From Alphaproteobacteria bacterium (GTDB taxonomy: Bacteria; Pseudomonadota; Alphaproteobacteria; UBA7985): a DNA stretch of 64,000 nt. Below the pieces are notes generated by a model. It was not told the DNA's origin, searched no databases, and worked only from the letters and a program-made list of their open reading frames with translations. A program made the position numbers and the translations under genes. Location of the stretch: assembly GCA_965229645.1 (NCBI GenBank), contig OZ245893.1, forward strand, positions 1,465,383 through 1,529,382, given 5' to 3'. Positions 1 to 9,847 of the stretch are shown here, piece after piece (positions within the stretch are counted from its first letter, which is position 1; each line of letters opens with the position of its first letter).

Positions 1-287
1 GTGGCCGTGGACAAGATGCGGTGGCTGGAGAGCATGCCCGTTTCGGGCGTGCCCGACCAGATCACGTCTTCGCCGTAAAGGGTCCGGTCAGGAAATTCGG
101 CCAGGGTCGCCTGCGTCGCCGCGATCACGGGTCCATTGCCGACAACCAGCGAACCAGGGGAGCGAACGGGAATGTCCTGGGCGTAGAGATGCTGGAGGGA
201 GGCGATGTCTCGGTCTTCCCAAATTTGCTTGGTGATGCCGATGATATAGTCGGGGAAGTCTCGATACTCGGGATCAAATCCCGCCAT
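1..287 (-). CDS. SnoaL/NTF2-like protein, 5' part only (gene runs off the window start)
   Basis: The minus-strand ORF is open to position 1, with ATG at 287-285. The translation MAGFDPEYRDFPDYIIGITKQIWEDRDIASLQHLYAQD... has normal composition and resembles the neighbour at 1300-2334. The overlapping plus ORF 21-572 is Arg/Gly-rich and looks spurious. Confidence 0.4.
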   Translation of the reverse strand, partial: MAGFDPEYRDFPDYIIGITKQIWEDRDIASLQHLYAQDIPVRSPGSLVVGNGPVIAATQATLAEFPDRTLYGEDVIWSGTPETGMLSSHRILSTA

Positions 288-332
288 GGGTGCGTTGGAT
301 GCTGTCTTCGATGTCATGGATCGCTCTTTATC

Positions 333-525
333 CCAACGGCCAAAAAAGTTGACACTTTTATGGCCGTTTCGTGTCTCACGGCAGAAACGCTTCGCGTTTC
401 GCCTCCGACGGGGCCTCCGCTTATACCCCGAGGCGCTTTCGCGCTATTCTCGGGGCCGCTGCGGGGGCCGCCGTCGCGGCCCTTATACCAGCGAACACAA
501 GAGTCATTCCTGGTCGTCGCTGGCA
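333..525 (+). repeat. Copy 1 of a dispersed ~190-390 bp multi-hairpin intergenic repeat (called RE here)
   Basis: Head hairpin ccaacggccaaaaaagt-tgac-acttttatggccgtt. Internal stems gaaacgc-ttc-gcgtttc (384-400) and ccccgag...ctcgggg. Tail hairpin ataccagcg...cgctgg. Near-identical copies lie at 52891 and 55681, reversed at 53957, a long variant at 42101, and head only at 9848. Confidence 0.8.
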
Positions 526-1290
526 TTAGTCCGCCGTCCAACCGCCGTCCACCAGCAGTGACGTGCCAGTGATCAAGGCGCTGGCGTCCGAGGCTAGGAA
601 CACCACGGGGCCCATAAGGTCCTCCACCTCTCCAACGCGGCCCAGCTTGATCTTGTCCTCGATCCAGGCTTTGCGCTCGGGATTGGCAAAGGTCGATGCG
701 GTCAGCGCGGTGCGGATGAAGGTGGGGCAGAGCGTATTGACACGGATGCCGCGGGGTCCCCACTCGATCGCCATGGCTTTGGTGAACCCCTCGACCGCGT
801 GCTTGGTCGCGCAATAGACGGATCGGTCGATGCCCCCCACATGGGCCATTTGCGAGGAAATGTTGATCAGGGACCCAGGTTTCTCCGCCGCAATGAGACG
901 CGCCGCAACTGCGCGGGTCAGGAAGAACGCGCCCTTGAGGTTCAGGGCGACGACGGCGTCGAAGTCGCCTGGGTCGGCGTCGAGCGCGGGGCCATGGCGC
1001 GCCAGACCCGCAGAGTTGACCAAGATGTCGAAGGGATCGGCGGCGGCGATGGCGGCTTGCGTTGCCCCCGTATCGGTGACGTCCAGGGGCAGGGCGGTCG
1101 CGTCGGCGCCCTGGGCCGTCAAGGCTGTCACCAGCGCGGCCAACTTGTCGGCGCGGCGGGCCGCGACGGTGACTGCGGCGCCTGCCTGGGCCAGTGCCAC
1201 GGCGCACGCCTGACCGATACCCGAGGACGCCCCCGCGACAAGGGCACGCTTGCCCCCCAAGGCGAAAGATGGCGTCTGCGGAAGGGGCAT
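526..1290 (-). CDS. Short-chain dehydrogenase/reductase (SDR) family oxidoreductase
   Basis: 254 aa. Cofactor motif GASSGIGQA, NSAG, and catalytic YxxxK (YCATKHAV). Confidence 0.9.
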   Translation of the reverse strand: MPLPQTPSFALGGKRALVAGASSGIGQACAVALAQAGAAVTVAARRADKLAALVTALTAQGADATALPLDVTDTGATQAAIAAADPFDILVNSAGLARHGPALDADPGDFDAVVALNLKGAFFLTRAVAARLIAAEKPGSLINISSQMAHVGGIDRSVYCATKHAVEGFTKAMAIEWGPRGIRVNTLCPTFIRTALTASTFANPERKAWIEDKIKLGRVGEVEDLMGPVVFLASDASALITGTSLLVDGGWTAD

Positions 1291-1299
1291 GGTCAGGGC

Positions 1300-2334
1300 C
1301 TATACGGATAAGTTCATGGGGTAGCGGGCCTTGTTGAACTCGCGCATACGGCCCAGCACATCGACGCCGATCTGGTCGTAGAAGTCGAGCAAATCGACCA
1401 GCACCCAGTTCTCGCGAATCAGCCCCCGCTCCAGCCGCCAGAAATCCAGCGACTTCATGGTCACGCGCTGGCCCAGGGGCGGAATCCCAAGCCAACCATC
1501 ATGTGAAAGCGTTTGGATCATATTGGGCCATCCCGTCACCGCGCAGTAAGGGCCGTCGCCAAAGAAGTGGTAGGTGATTTTGTGCCGCTCAAAGCCTCGG
1601 TCGGGCATGGCCTTCAAAAACGGGATTTGATGCCAGTTGCGAAACCCAGCAAAACCACGGCCCGTGCCGATCCCCGCTGGCCCGTACCAGGACATGCGCG
1701 GGTGCCAAAACCGCTCGGGTTCCATGACCTCGGGCCCACCTTGGCTCGGGTGTTTTTTCAGGTGTTCGAGCATGTCGATGACCTGCGCGCAGGACTGCGC
1801 GCCTGCGTCGCCGTCGTAGGTATGGCGCAGGCCGTCGTTGCTGGCGGGCCCTGGGATATGCCATTCCTTGCCGAGCGATGGTGCCAGCGGCCAGGCCCCC
1901 GCTTGCATCATAACTTCGGGAATGTCCCAGAGCGCTTGGGTCTCGACGACCGTGCCGTCGCGAAACCGGTAAAATTCGTGAAAGCGCATATGGACCATAT
2001 GGCCCGTGGGCGGAATGTCCAGCCAGGGCGCGGCGAAGGTCCCAGTATAAAAACCGCCGATGCCCACCCAGTCGAGCCCCTGGTCGGTCGGCCCTGCCAT
2101 GCAAATCCACTCGCGCCGTTCAAGGTCGGGGATCGCCTGCACGAGCGGTGCGTATGCGGCGGCGTAGTAAGCCTCCGCCCCCTCGACTTCGGGAATCGGA
2201 AAGGCGGAGCGAAAACAGGCGTCGGGCGCGCAAACTTCGGCGAGCTCTGCGCGCACCGTCTGCGCGTCAAAATCGTAAAGGGCCTGCCGCAAAGGCCGCA
2301 AAGCCTCGCGGTGCTGGTCGTGAAGGCAGGTCAT
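1300..2334 (-). CDS. Hypothetical protein with two SnoaL/NTF2-like (ester-cyclase-type) halves
   Basis: 344-aa ORF with coding-like composition, 9 nt upstream of the SDR gene. The fold assignment is by eye only. Confidence 0.6.
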   Translation of the reverse strand: MTCLHDQHREALRPLRQALYDFDAQTVRAELAEVCAPDACFRSAFPIPEVEGAEAYYAAAYAPLVQAIPDLERREWICMAGPTDQGLDWVGIGGFYTGTFAAPWLDIPPTGHMVHMRFHEFYRFRDGTVVETQALWDIPEVMMQAGAWPLAPSLGKEWHIPGPASNDGLRHTYDGDAGAQSCAQVIDMLEHLKKHPSQGGPEVMEPERFWHPRMSWYGPAGIGTGRGFAGFRNWHQIPFLKAMPDRGFERHKITYHFFGDGPYCAVTGWPNMIQTLSHDGWLGIPPLGQRVTMKSLDFWRLERGLIRENWVLVDLLDFYDQIGVDVLGRMREFNKARYPMNLSV

Positions 2335-2608
2335 GGTCGTGCTTTAGGAACTCGGGCCCAGGTCTCAAGTGTTTTTTACATAGGCCTCCCTATACATGAA
2401 GTTGAACAGACAAGTCTCAATCGCCCCTGGTATGACAAATGTTGTTATGGACAAAGACTGGTACAATAAGGCGTAAATTTTGCTGAATTGTGGGGCATGT
2501 CTGGCGTATCGTATTGGCGATTGAGGGAATCCTATTGGCCCCAAGTGCGCCAAAGGGACCATAAGATGGGTCCCAATCCTGGGAAGCCCTTTTTTGGGAG
2601 GAAAGCAC

Positions 2609-3892
2609 ATGAAAAAGAGTCTTTTGACTTCAGCGAGTTTGGCGCTCGCAATTTCGGCAGTTGCGTCAGCGCAAGAGCTGACCATTGCCACGGTGAACAA
2701 CGGCCACATGGTCAATATGCAAGAACTATCATCGATCTACGAGTCGGAAACAGGCGTTTCGCTGAATTGGGTTACCCTTGATGAGGGCACCCTGCGGGAG
2801 CAAGTGACGCTCGACGCTGGTACGGGCGGGGGCGCATACGACGTCTTTACCATCGGCATGTACGAGGCCCCGATTTGGGGCGACGCGGGCTGGATCCAGG
2901 CCCTTGAGTTTGGCGACGACTACGACGTTGACGACATTCTGCCTGCCATGGCTGGCGGCTTGTCCTCCAACGGAAACCTCTACGCCGCGCCCTTCTACGG
3001 GGAGTCGTCCATGGTCATGTACCGCAGCGACCTCGCGGAAGCGGCGGGTGTGAGCATCCGAGACAAGGATTCCTGGGGGAACATCAAGGCGGCAGCGGCG
3101 GCCATGCACGACCCCGACAATGGCGTCTATGGGGCCTGCTTGCGCGGCAAGCCAGGCTGGGGCGACAATATGGCCTTCATCACCACGGTGGTTAACTCCT
3201 TTGGCGGCGCCTGGTTCGACGCCGACGGCACTCCCACGCTGGACACGCCCGAGTGGCACGCCGCCATCAACTTCTACGTGGACTTGTTGAATTCCTACGG
3301 CCCTCCAGGGTCCGAAGGCAACTCCTTCAACGAAATCCTCGGCCTCTACCGTGAGGGTTCCTGCGGCATGTGGATCGACGCGACCATCGCAGCGTCCTTC
3401 TTAGAAGGCGACGGCTCTGCGGCGACGGGCAACGTCGCTTACGCTCAATCCCCCAACGCGACCAACCCTGTCGGGGCCAACTGGTTGTGGGCCTGGGCGC
3501 TGGCTGTTCCCGCCAACACGGAAAACGCCGATGCGGCGGTTGCCTTCATCGAGTGGGCGACGTCCAAAGACTATATCCAGTTGGTCGGTGAGGAACTGGG
3601 ATGGGGGTCTGTGCCCACTGGCACGCGCGCCTCAACCTACGACATCGCCGAGTTTCAAGCGGTCACCAACTTCGCGGACGCCGAGCTCGCGGCGATCTTC
3701 TCTGCCGCCCCAGGGGCAAGCGACATGAAGCCCTACGTTGGGGTTCAGTTCGCAGCGATTCCTGAGTTCCAGGAAATCGGGATCGGCGTCGGCCAGGAAA
3801 TGGCAGCAGCCCTGTCGGGGGCCAAGTCGGTTGAGGACGCTCTGGCGGCTTCACAGGCCCATGCCGAAGCTGTTATGGCGGCTTCTGAATAG
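2609..3892 (+). CDS. ABC transporter substrate-binding protein, polyol (sorbitol/mannitol)-type family 1
   Basis: ATG 2609 with GGAGG 7 nt upstream. Signal peptide MKKSLLTSASLALAISAVASA. Sequence style of sugar/polyol family-1 SBPs. First gene of the ABC operon. Confidence 0.85.
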   Translation: MKKSLLTSASLALAISAVASAQELTIATVNNGHMVNMQELSSIYESETGVSLNWVTLDEGTLREQVTLDAGTGGGAYDVFTIGMYEAPIWGDAGWIQALEFGDDYDVDDILPAMAGGLSSNGNLYAAPFYGESSMVMYRSDLAEAAGVSIRDKDSWGNIKAAAAAMHDPDNGVYGACLRGKPGWGDNMAFITTVVNSFGGAWFDADGTPTLDTPEWHAAINFYVDLLNSYGPPGSEGNSFNEILGLYREGSCGMWIDATIAASFLEGDGSAATGNVAYAQSPNATNPVGANWLWAWALAVPANTENADAAVAFIEWATSKDYIQLVGEELGWGSVPTGTRASTYDIAEFQAVTNFADAELAAIFSAAPGASDMKPYVGVQFAAIPEFQEIGIGVGQEMAAALSGAKSVEDALAASQAHAEAVMAASE

Positions 3893-3989
3893 AGTCTCCT
3901 CCGAGTTCAAGCGGGGCGGCCACGCGCCGTCCCGCTTTTGGTCTTGGGAGGGACCAATAGATGATATTTGAGGGAGGAAACGAGATAAG

Positions 3990-4853
3990 ATGAGCCGCAC
4001 CCTGGCAAACTGGTTGCTTGCCCCTGCCGTGGTCCTGCTGTTCGTATGGATGATCGTGCCGCTGAGCATGACCATCTACTTTTCCTTTGTCGATTACAGT
4101 CTTTACGATGCGGCCGCCGAGCGCGGGGCCTTCGTCGGCTTCCGCAATTTCCGCAATTTCATGGACGCGGAATTTTGGTATGTTGTCCGCAATACTTTTC
4201 TCTTGGTCAGCGGGATTTTGCTGATCACGCTCGTATTTGGGGTCCTGATCGCCCTGCTGGTCAATCGGGCCTTTCCAGGGCGCGGATTTGTCCGCGTCTT
4301 GCTGATCTCCCCTTTCTTTATCATGCCCGCGGTCAACGCCATGTTGTGGAAGAACCTCATGCTCCACCCCGCCAACGGCCTAATCGCGTTTCTCTCGCAA
4401 CTCATGGGCGTCGAGGCGGTTGAGATGTTCAGCCCGACCAATTCGCTACTGGGCGTAATCCTGATCGTGTCCTGGCAATGGGTGCCGTTCGCGGTCCTGA
4501 TTTTTATGACCTCGTTGCAATCTGAAGATCAGGAGCAGAAGGAAGCGGCGGTTCTCGACGGCGCCAGCGCCCTCTCGCAATTTTGGAACCTGACCTTGCC
4601 GCATCTCGCCCGGCCCATCGCCATCGTCATGATGATCCAGCTGATTTTCCACCTGGGCATCTTTGCCGAAATTTTACTCACCTCGGGCGGGGCTGGCAAC
4701 GAAACCCTGGCCTTCAAGATTCATACGACGGGATCGGGGGCGGCGCTCGACATCGGCCGGGCCTCGGCGGGGGGGATTTTCGCGGTGATTTTGGCCAACA
4801 TCGCCGCGATTTTCTTGATCCGGTTGGTCGGCAAGAGCATTCGGACGACCTGA
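3990..4853 (+). CDS. Sugar/polyol ABC transporter permease (MalF/UgpA type)
   Basis: 287 aa with multiple TM segments. Directly follows the SBP gene. Confidence 0.9.
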   Translation: MSRTLANWLLAPAVVLLFVWMIVPLSMTIYFSFVDYSLYDAAAERGAFVGFRNFRNFMDAEFWYVVRNTFLLVSGILLITLVFGVLIALLVNRAFPGRGFVRVLLISPFFIMPAVNAMLWKNLMLHPANGLIAFLSQLMGVEAVEMFSPTNSLLGVILIVSWQWVPFAVLIFMTSLQSEDQEQKEAAVLDGASALSQFWNLTLPHLARPIAIVMMIQLIFHLGIFAEILLTSGGAGNETLAFKIHTTGSGAALDIGRASAGGIFAVILANIAAIFLIRLVGKSIRTT

Positions 4854-4856
4854 CCT

Positions 4857-6512
4857 ATGGCCATCGCTGGAACCCAATCGCCTTGGCGCGACCGCAGTCT
4901 GACCACACTGGCCTGGCTGGTGGGGCTTGCCCTGTTCTTCCCGATTTTGTGGCTCGGCCTATCGAGCCTCAAGACCGATTTGGAAGCGCAGTCCGCCACA
5001 CCCGAATTCTTGGTCACCTTTGATCGCGATTGGATCGAGGCGCGCAACCAAGCCCTCGAGCGGGGGGAGGACGTGCCCCTTAGGGACCGGCTGTTTTTCA
5101 TGCCGACCTTGGCCAACTATCAGGGCCTGACCGAGGCAGCGGACGGATTTTGGAAGTTTGTTTTCAACACCAGTTCCATCGCCATCATCGCGACGATTTT
5201 GTGCATGGTCATCGCCATTCCCGCCGCGTACTCCATGGCGTTTCGGCCCAGCAATTGGACCGCCGATATCTTGCTGTGGATGCTCTCGACCAAGATGTTG
5301 CCCGCGGTTGGGGTGATCATGCCGATTTTCTTCTTGTTTCAGGGTTTTACGGTCTCCTTGCCGCATTTGCAGTTTGAGGGGCAGGAAACCGTTGAGTTGC
5401 AGCTTGATGCGCCCGAGGGCCTCGACCTAGAGCTCGGGGCTTTGGACGCTGCCACGATCCTGATCGACAACCCCGACAAGACCCCGACCCTTACCCTACA
5501 AAGCACGGGCGCCATCGTCGAAGGCACCCGCCACAGCGGCTTCATCGTCTCGCTGTCGCCCCCCTTGGACGAAGATTTGGAGGTCACCTATAAAGCGTCG
5601 AGCCGGGCGGCGCGCGACGGCCAGATCGAGGCCCTGCCTGGCCGCGTTACCCTTCCCGCGGGCCAAAGCCATGTACTGATCCCCGTGGCCGCGGTTGGCG
5701 ATAGCGTTCGCGAAAGCCCCATGACGCTGCGCCTGACTTTGGAGGGCCTGTCGTCCAATGCCGCGCGCCTTGGCAAAGTGTTCGTTGCCTCGAGCAAAGT
5801 GGTCGATGCAGTGGAAACCCCGCAGGTCGCCATCACCCCGCTGAGCCACAGTGTCGAGGGCGCGGTCGCGGGCCGTGCGCGCGTCACGCTTTCCAAGCCC
5901 CAGCAAGTGCCGACCGACCTCACCTATACCGTCGGCGGGACGGCAGCCCCTGGCCAAGACTTTTCGGCCTTGTCGGGCAGCCTCACCCTGCCCGCGGGCG
6001 AGACCAGCACGGACATAGCCTTTGAGGCCCCATCGGGCGGGCGCTTTGAGGACTTTGCCGTGACGTGGCAGCCGACCAAGCTGGCCTTGCAAGACACGCG
6101 CGCGGGCATCATTCTGGTCTATGTGTTGATCAATATGCCGATTTTGATCTGGATTCTGTTCACCTACTTCAAAGAAATCCCGAAGGAAATTCTGGAGGCC
6201 AGTCGCATGGACGGGGCGAGCACCTGGTCGGAGTTGCGATCAATTATTCTGCCCTTGGCCTGGGGGGGAATCGCTGCAACGGCACTGCTTTCGATCATAT
6301 TTTGTTGGAACGAAGCCTACTGGTCGATCCGCCTCGCGTCCGAAGATGCTTTGGGGCTCGGAGCCATGGTCACCTCTAAGGAGGATCCGCGCGAACCGTT
6401 TTACGCCAAAATGTCGGCGGCCTCAATCGTCGCCATCGCCCCCATCATTATCATGGGCTGGTTCACGCAGAAGCAGTTGGTCCAGGGTTTGACCTTTGGC
6501 GCCGTCAAATAA
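4857..6512 (+). CDS. Sugar/polyol ABC transporter permease (MalG/UgpE type) with a large internal insertion
   Basis: 551 aa. Residues 1-163 and 409-551 (EAA loop KEILEASRMDGAS) together make a normal ~300-aa permease. About 245 extra residues lie between TM3 and TM4. Confidence 0.85.
   Translation: MAIAGTQSPWRDRSLTTLAWLVGLALFFPILWLGLSSLKTDLEAQSATPEFLVTFDRDWIEARNQALERGEDVPLRDRLFFMPTLANYQGLTEAADGFWKFVFNTSSIAIIATILCMVIAIPAAYSMAFRPSNWTADILLWMLSTKMLPAVGVIMPIFFLFQGFTVSLPHLQFEGQETVELQLDAPEGLDLELGALDAATILIDNPDKTPTLTLQSTGAIVEGTRHSGFIVSLSPPLDEDLEVTYKASSRAARDGQIEALPGRVTLPAGQSHVLIPVAAVGDSVRESPMTLRLTLEGLSSNAARLGKVFVASSKVVDAVETPQVAITPLSHSVEGAVAGRARVTLSKPQQVPTDLTYTVGGTAAPGQDFSALSGSLTLPAGETSTDIAFEAPSGGRFEDFAVTWQPTKLALQDTRAGIILVYVLINMPILIWILFTYFKEIPKEILEASRMDGASTWSELRSIILPLAWGGIAATALLSIIFCWNEAYWSIRLASEDALGLGAMVTSKEDPREPFYAKMSAASIVAIAPIIIMGWFTQKQLVQGLTFGAVK
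5346..6080 (+). other. Calx-beta-like tandem domain insertion inside the permease
   Basis: Two repeats with the Calx-beta signature: DLEVTYKASS...GRVTLPAGQSHVLIPV and DLTYTVGGTAAPGQDFSALSGSLTLPAGETSTDIAFEA. They replace the normally ~8-aa TM3-TM4 loop. Confidence 0.65.
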
Positions 6513-6517
6513 ACCCC

Positions 6518-7420
6518 ATGCCCTCGCCCCCTGAACTGGAGATTGTCGATTGGTCCACCCAATCGGTACGGTACTTGGAACACGGCTGGCCGTCGGATCT
6601 GTGCCGCTGGCACGCCCACGCGGAATACGAGGTCCATTTGATCGTCGCGGGCACGGGCACCGCTTTTGTCGGTGACTATATAGGGGACTTTGCCGCGGGG
6701 TCGCTTTTCATCACTGGCCCCCATGTCCCGCACAACTGGGTATCGGATCGGGCGGGTCCTGGCGTCGTGCCCCTGCGCGACATGCTGGTGCAGTTCCCCG
6801 AGGCGAGCATGGTCAACCTCATGACCGCCTTTTCTGATTTCAAAGAAATCCGTCCGCTGCTCGACGATGCCCAGGCTGGCGTCGAAGTCCATGGCATCCC
6901 CCTGGACCAGTCGCAAGCCATGCTCGCGGCGGTGCGCGATGCCCGCGGCGCGGCGCAGGTTGTGGCCTTCATTGACCTGCTGGTTCAACTGGCGGCGCAT
7001 CAAAACCGCACCACCTTGTCGCTCGTCAACTTGAGCCAAAGGGCCAATTCCAAACGCCAAGCACAAATTGGCGAGGCGGTGGACTATATCGTGCAAAATT
7101 ACGACGCCGACCTCTCGGTGACGACCGTCTCAAAGGTCGCAGGTTTATCGGAGGCGAGCTTTACCCGCCATTTCAAGCACATTACTGGCAATCGCTTTTC
7201 CGAATTTGTCAATCTGGTGCGCGTGCGCCAAGCCTGCGCCTTTCTGATCGATACGTCGGACCCCGTTTCGGCGATTTGCTACGACAGCGGGTTTCAAAAC
7301 CTCGCCAACTTCAACCGGCAATTTTTGCGGCTCAAGGGCTGCACCCCCAGCCAGTATCGCAACCAAACTCTGGTGGGCCTGCGCGGGGATGCGCCCAAAA
7401 TGCAGCGGAGGGCCGCCTAG
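6518..7420 (+). CDS. AraC-family transcriptional regulator (cupin sensor + HTH)
   Basis: 300 aa. C-terminal AraC HTH: SFTRHFKHITGNRFSEFVNLVRVRQA...GFQNLANFNRQF. Confidence 0.9.
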   Translation: MPSPPELEIVDWSTQSVRYLEHGWPSDLCRWHAHAEYEVHLIVAGTGTAFVGDYIGDFAAGSLFITGPHVPHNWVSDRAGPGVVPLRDMLVQFPEASMVNLMTAFSDFKEIRPLLDDAQAGVEVHGIPLDQSQAMLAAVRDARGAAQVVAFIDLLVQLAAHQNRTTLSLVNLSQRANSKRQAQIGEAVDYIVQNYDADLSVTTVSKVAGLSEASFTRHFKHITGNRFSEFVNLVRVRQACAFLIDTSDPVSAICYDSGFQNLANFNRQFLRLKGCTPSQYRNQTLVGLRGDAPKMQRRAA

Positions 7421-7431
7421 TGCCGCAAGCC

Positions 7432-8763
7432 ATGATCCATATCGGCTACGGCGCCTTTCATCGGGCGCATCAGGCGGTCTATCTGCAACGCTTGGCCGAT
7501 CAAGGCGTGGCCAATTGGTCGATCTATACCGTCAACTTGCGCCCCGCCGATAGCGCGCAATTCGCCATTGAGGCAGAAAAGCCTGGCTACAACCTTTGGA
7601 CCTACAGCGCCGATGGCGGCCAGGAGACCATGCGCATCGACCGGCACCGCGCCTTCTTCGATTGGGCGGTGGATCGACCCGCTGCCGAAACGGCCTTGGC
7701 CCAAGACGACGTGACGCTGGTAACGCTCACCGTGTCCGAGGCGGGGTATTACTTTGATGCGAGCGGAGACCTGGACCTGTCCCAGCCGCTCATCGCCGCC
7801 GAACTGGCGGGAACACGTCGCGAGAGTCTCTACGCCTATCTGGCGGGGGGGCTGGAGGCGCGGCGGGCAGCCAAGGCAGGCCCCCTGACCTTCCTGTGCT
7901 GCGATAATCTGCGCAACAACGGCGCCATGCTGGCGCGGAATTTTGCCACCTACCTGCACCACCTGGGCAAGGACGACTTGGCGGCCTGGGTCGCGAGCAA
8001 CTGCACCTTTCCCTGTTCGATGGTTGATCGCATTACGCCTGCGCCCGCGACGCGCGCGACGCGCGCCGACCCCTTGGGCACGACGATCGTGGGGGAGGAC
8101 TTTATTCAGTGGGTGATCGAAGATCGGTTCTGCGCCGCCCGACCCCCGCTGGAGCGGGTGGGGGTTGAGTTGGTAGCCGATGTGCATCCTTACGAGGAGA
8201 CCAAGATTCGGGTGCTGAACGGTGGCCATATTTCGATCAGTTTTTTGGGCGCGCTCGCCGGGTACGAAACCTTCGATAGGGCCATGGACGACCGCGAGTT
8301 GCGCGACCACTTCAATCGGTTTGAGCGGGTCGAGGTTCAACGGGCCATGCCCGCCGATGTACCTATCGACACACTGGCCTATATTGAGCGGGTCGAGGGA
8401 CGCTTCACCAACAGGTCCATCGGCGATGCGATCGAGCGCATTTGCACCGATGGCTTCGCCAAGATGAGCATTTTTATGCGTCCAACTTTGGAAGGGTGCT
8501 TTGCCGCAGGCCAGGTTCCTGCTTTCGCCATTCGCTCGATTGCGGGGTGGTTCCACTACGCCCGCCTGATCAAGCTCGGCCTTCGGACCTATGCCTACCA
8601 TGAGCCCAACTGGGATCGGCTCGAACCCCTTCTGGATCGGGAGGACCCCAGCGGTTTTTTGGGCGCACGCACGCTCTTTGGCGACTTGGCGCAGCGGCAT
8701 CCCGAATTTGGGCAAGAATTTGAACGTCAACTACACTACCTGGAGCAGAAATGGCCAGCTTAA
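7432..8763 (+). CDS. Mannitol dehydrogenase family protein (mannitol/arabinitol 2-/4-dehydrogenase type)
   Basis: Track ORF 7276-8763. Likely start is ATG 7432, or GTG 7420 overlapping the araC stop. Motifs [19 protein letters not shown] and FIQWVIED. Confidence 0.85.
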   Translation: MIHIGYGAFHRAHQAVYLQRLADQGVANWSIYTVNLRPADSAQFAIEAEKPGYNLWTYSADGGQETMRIDRHRAFFDWAVDRPAAETALAQDDVTLVTLTVSEAGYYFDASGDLDLSQPLIAAELAGTRRESLYAYLAGGLEARRAAKAGPLTFLCCDNLRNNGAMLARNFATYLHHLGKDDLAAWVASNCTFPCSMVDRITPAPATRATRADPLGTTIVGEDFIQWVIEDRFCAARPPLERVGVELVADVHPYEETKIRVLNGGHISISFLGALAGYETFDRAMDDRELRDHFNRFERVEVQRAMPADVPIDTLAYIERVEGRFTNRSIGDAIERICTDGFAKMSIFMRPTLEGCFAAGQVPAFAIRSIAGWFHYARLIKLGLRTYAYHEPNWDRLEPLLDREDPSGFLGARTLFGDLAQRHPEFGQEFERQLHYLEQKWPA

Positions 8764-9803
8764 CCCTTACAGAAATTCGCAAAGCTTACGGCAAGGCCGA
8801 GGTCATTCGCGGCGTCAATTTGGACATAGGCGACGGCGAATTCGTGGTCTTCGTCGGTCCATCGGGCTGCGGCAAGTCCACCTTGCTGCGCACCATCGCC
8901 GGCTTAGAAGACATTACGAGCGGGGAGTTGAAGATCGGCGATCGCCCCGTCAACGACGTGCGCCCGTCCGAACGCGGGGTCGCCATGGTGTTTCAAACCT
9001 ACGCGCTCTACCCCCATATGACCGTCGCTAAGAATATGGCCTTTGGTCTTCTACAGGCCAAAACCCCGAAGGACGAGATCGACCAGCGGGTCAAGGCCGC
9101 CGCCAAAATCCTGCAAATCGAGGACTACTTGGACCGCTTGCCTAAGAACCTATCGGGCGGCCAGCGGCAGCGCGTCGCGATTGGCCGCGCCATCGTGCGC
9201 GAGCCCGAGGTGTTTTTGTTCGACGAGCCGCTATCCAATCTCGACGCGGCCTTGCGCGTCCAAACCCGATTGGAAATTGCCAAGCTGCATGAGGACCTTG
9301 GCACGACTATGATCTATGTGACGCACGATCAGGTTGAGGCCATGACGCTGGCCGACCGCATCGTCGTCTTGCGCGACGGCGTGATCGAACAGGTCGGCTC
9401 GCCCAAGGAACTCTACGACAGCCCCGCAAACGAATTCGTCGCGGGCTTCATCGGTTCGCCCAAGATGAACTTCTTCGACGGCGACGGCGATGGAACCAAG
9501 ATCCGCCTTGCGGGCGGGGGCACGCTCAAAGGCCATGACAAGGGACCCGTCCGCGTCGGGATTCGCCCCGAACACCTGCGCCTTGGTCAGAAAAGCCCCC
9601 TCATGCAGGCGACGTTGGAGGTTGTGGAGTACTTGGGCGAAAGCACCTATCTGCACTTGCGCAACGGCGCAGGGGAACCGCTGATCATCAAGTCCGACGA
9701 CCACGAGACACCGCCCATCGGCGCGCAAGTCGGCGTCTGCCAAACCGACGGCAAGGCCCATGTTTTTGCCGATGAGGATAGAACCGAGGTCGCGAAGGTT
9801 TGA
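8751..9803 (+). CDS. Sugar/polyol ABC transporter ATP-binding protein (MalK/UgpC type)
   Basis: 350 aa. Walker [10 protein letters not shown], signature LSGGQRQR, Walker B FLFDEPLS. Overlaps the dehydrogenase gene by 13 nt. Confidence 0.95.
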   Translation: MASLTLTEIRKAYGKAEVIRGVNLDIGDGEFVVFVGPSGCGKSTLLRTIAGLEDITSGELKIGDRPVNDVRPSERGVAMVFQTYALYPHMTVAKNMAFGLLQAKTPKDEIDQRVKAAAKILQIEDYLDRLPKNLSGGQRQRVAIGRAIVREPEVFLFDEPLSNLDAALRVQTRLEIAKLHEDLGTTMIYVTHDQVEAMTLADRIVVLRDGVIEQVGSPKELYDSPANEFVAGFIGSPKMNFFDGDGDGTKIRLAGGGTLKGHDKGPVRVGIRPEHLRLGQKSPLMQATLEVVEYLGESTYLHLRNGAGEPLIIKSDDHETPPIGAQVGVCQTDGKAHVFADEDRTEVAKV

Positions 9804-9847
9804 GACCAGCTAGAAGATAAGCGGACCTACCCACCAACCTGCGTCCC

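Noticed and set aside
314-1495. 393-aa minus-strand ORF overlapping the SDR gene and RE copy 1.
   Set aside because: It has Arg/Gly/Pro-rich, low-complexity composition typical of off-frame ORFs in high-G+C DNA. It is out of frame with the well-supported SDR gene on the same strand and reads through the repeat.
7417-8730. 437-aa minus-strand ORF.
   Set aside because: It is antisense to the mannitol dehydrogenase family gene, which has clear motifs, and its composition is Arg/Gly-rich. The same reasoning applies to 49656-50777 (antisense to mrdA), 47095-47841 (antisense to mreB) and 42631-43524 (antisense to ispB).
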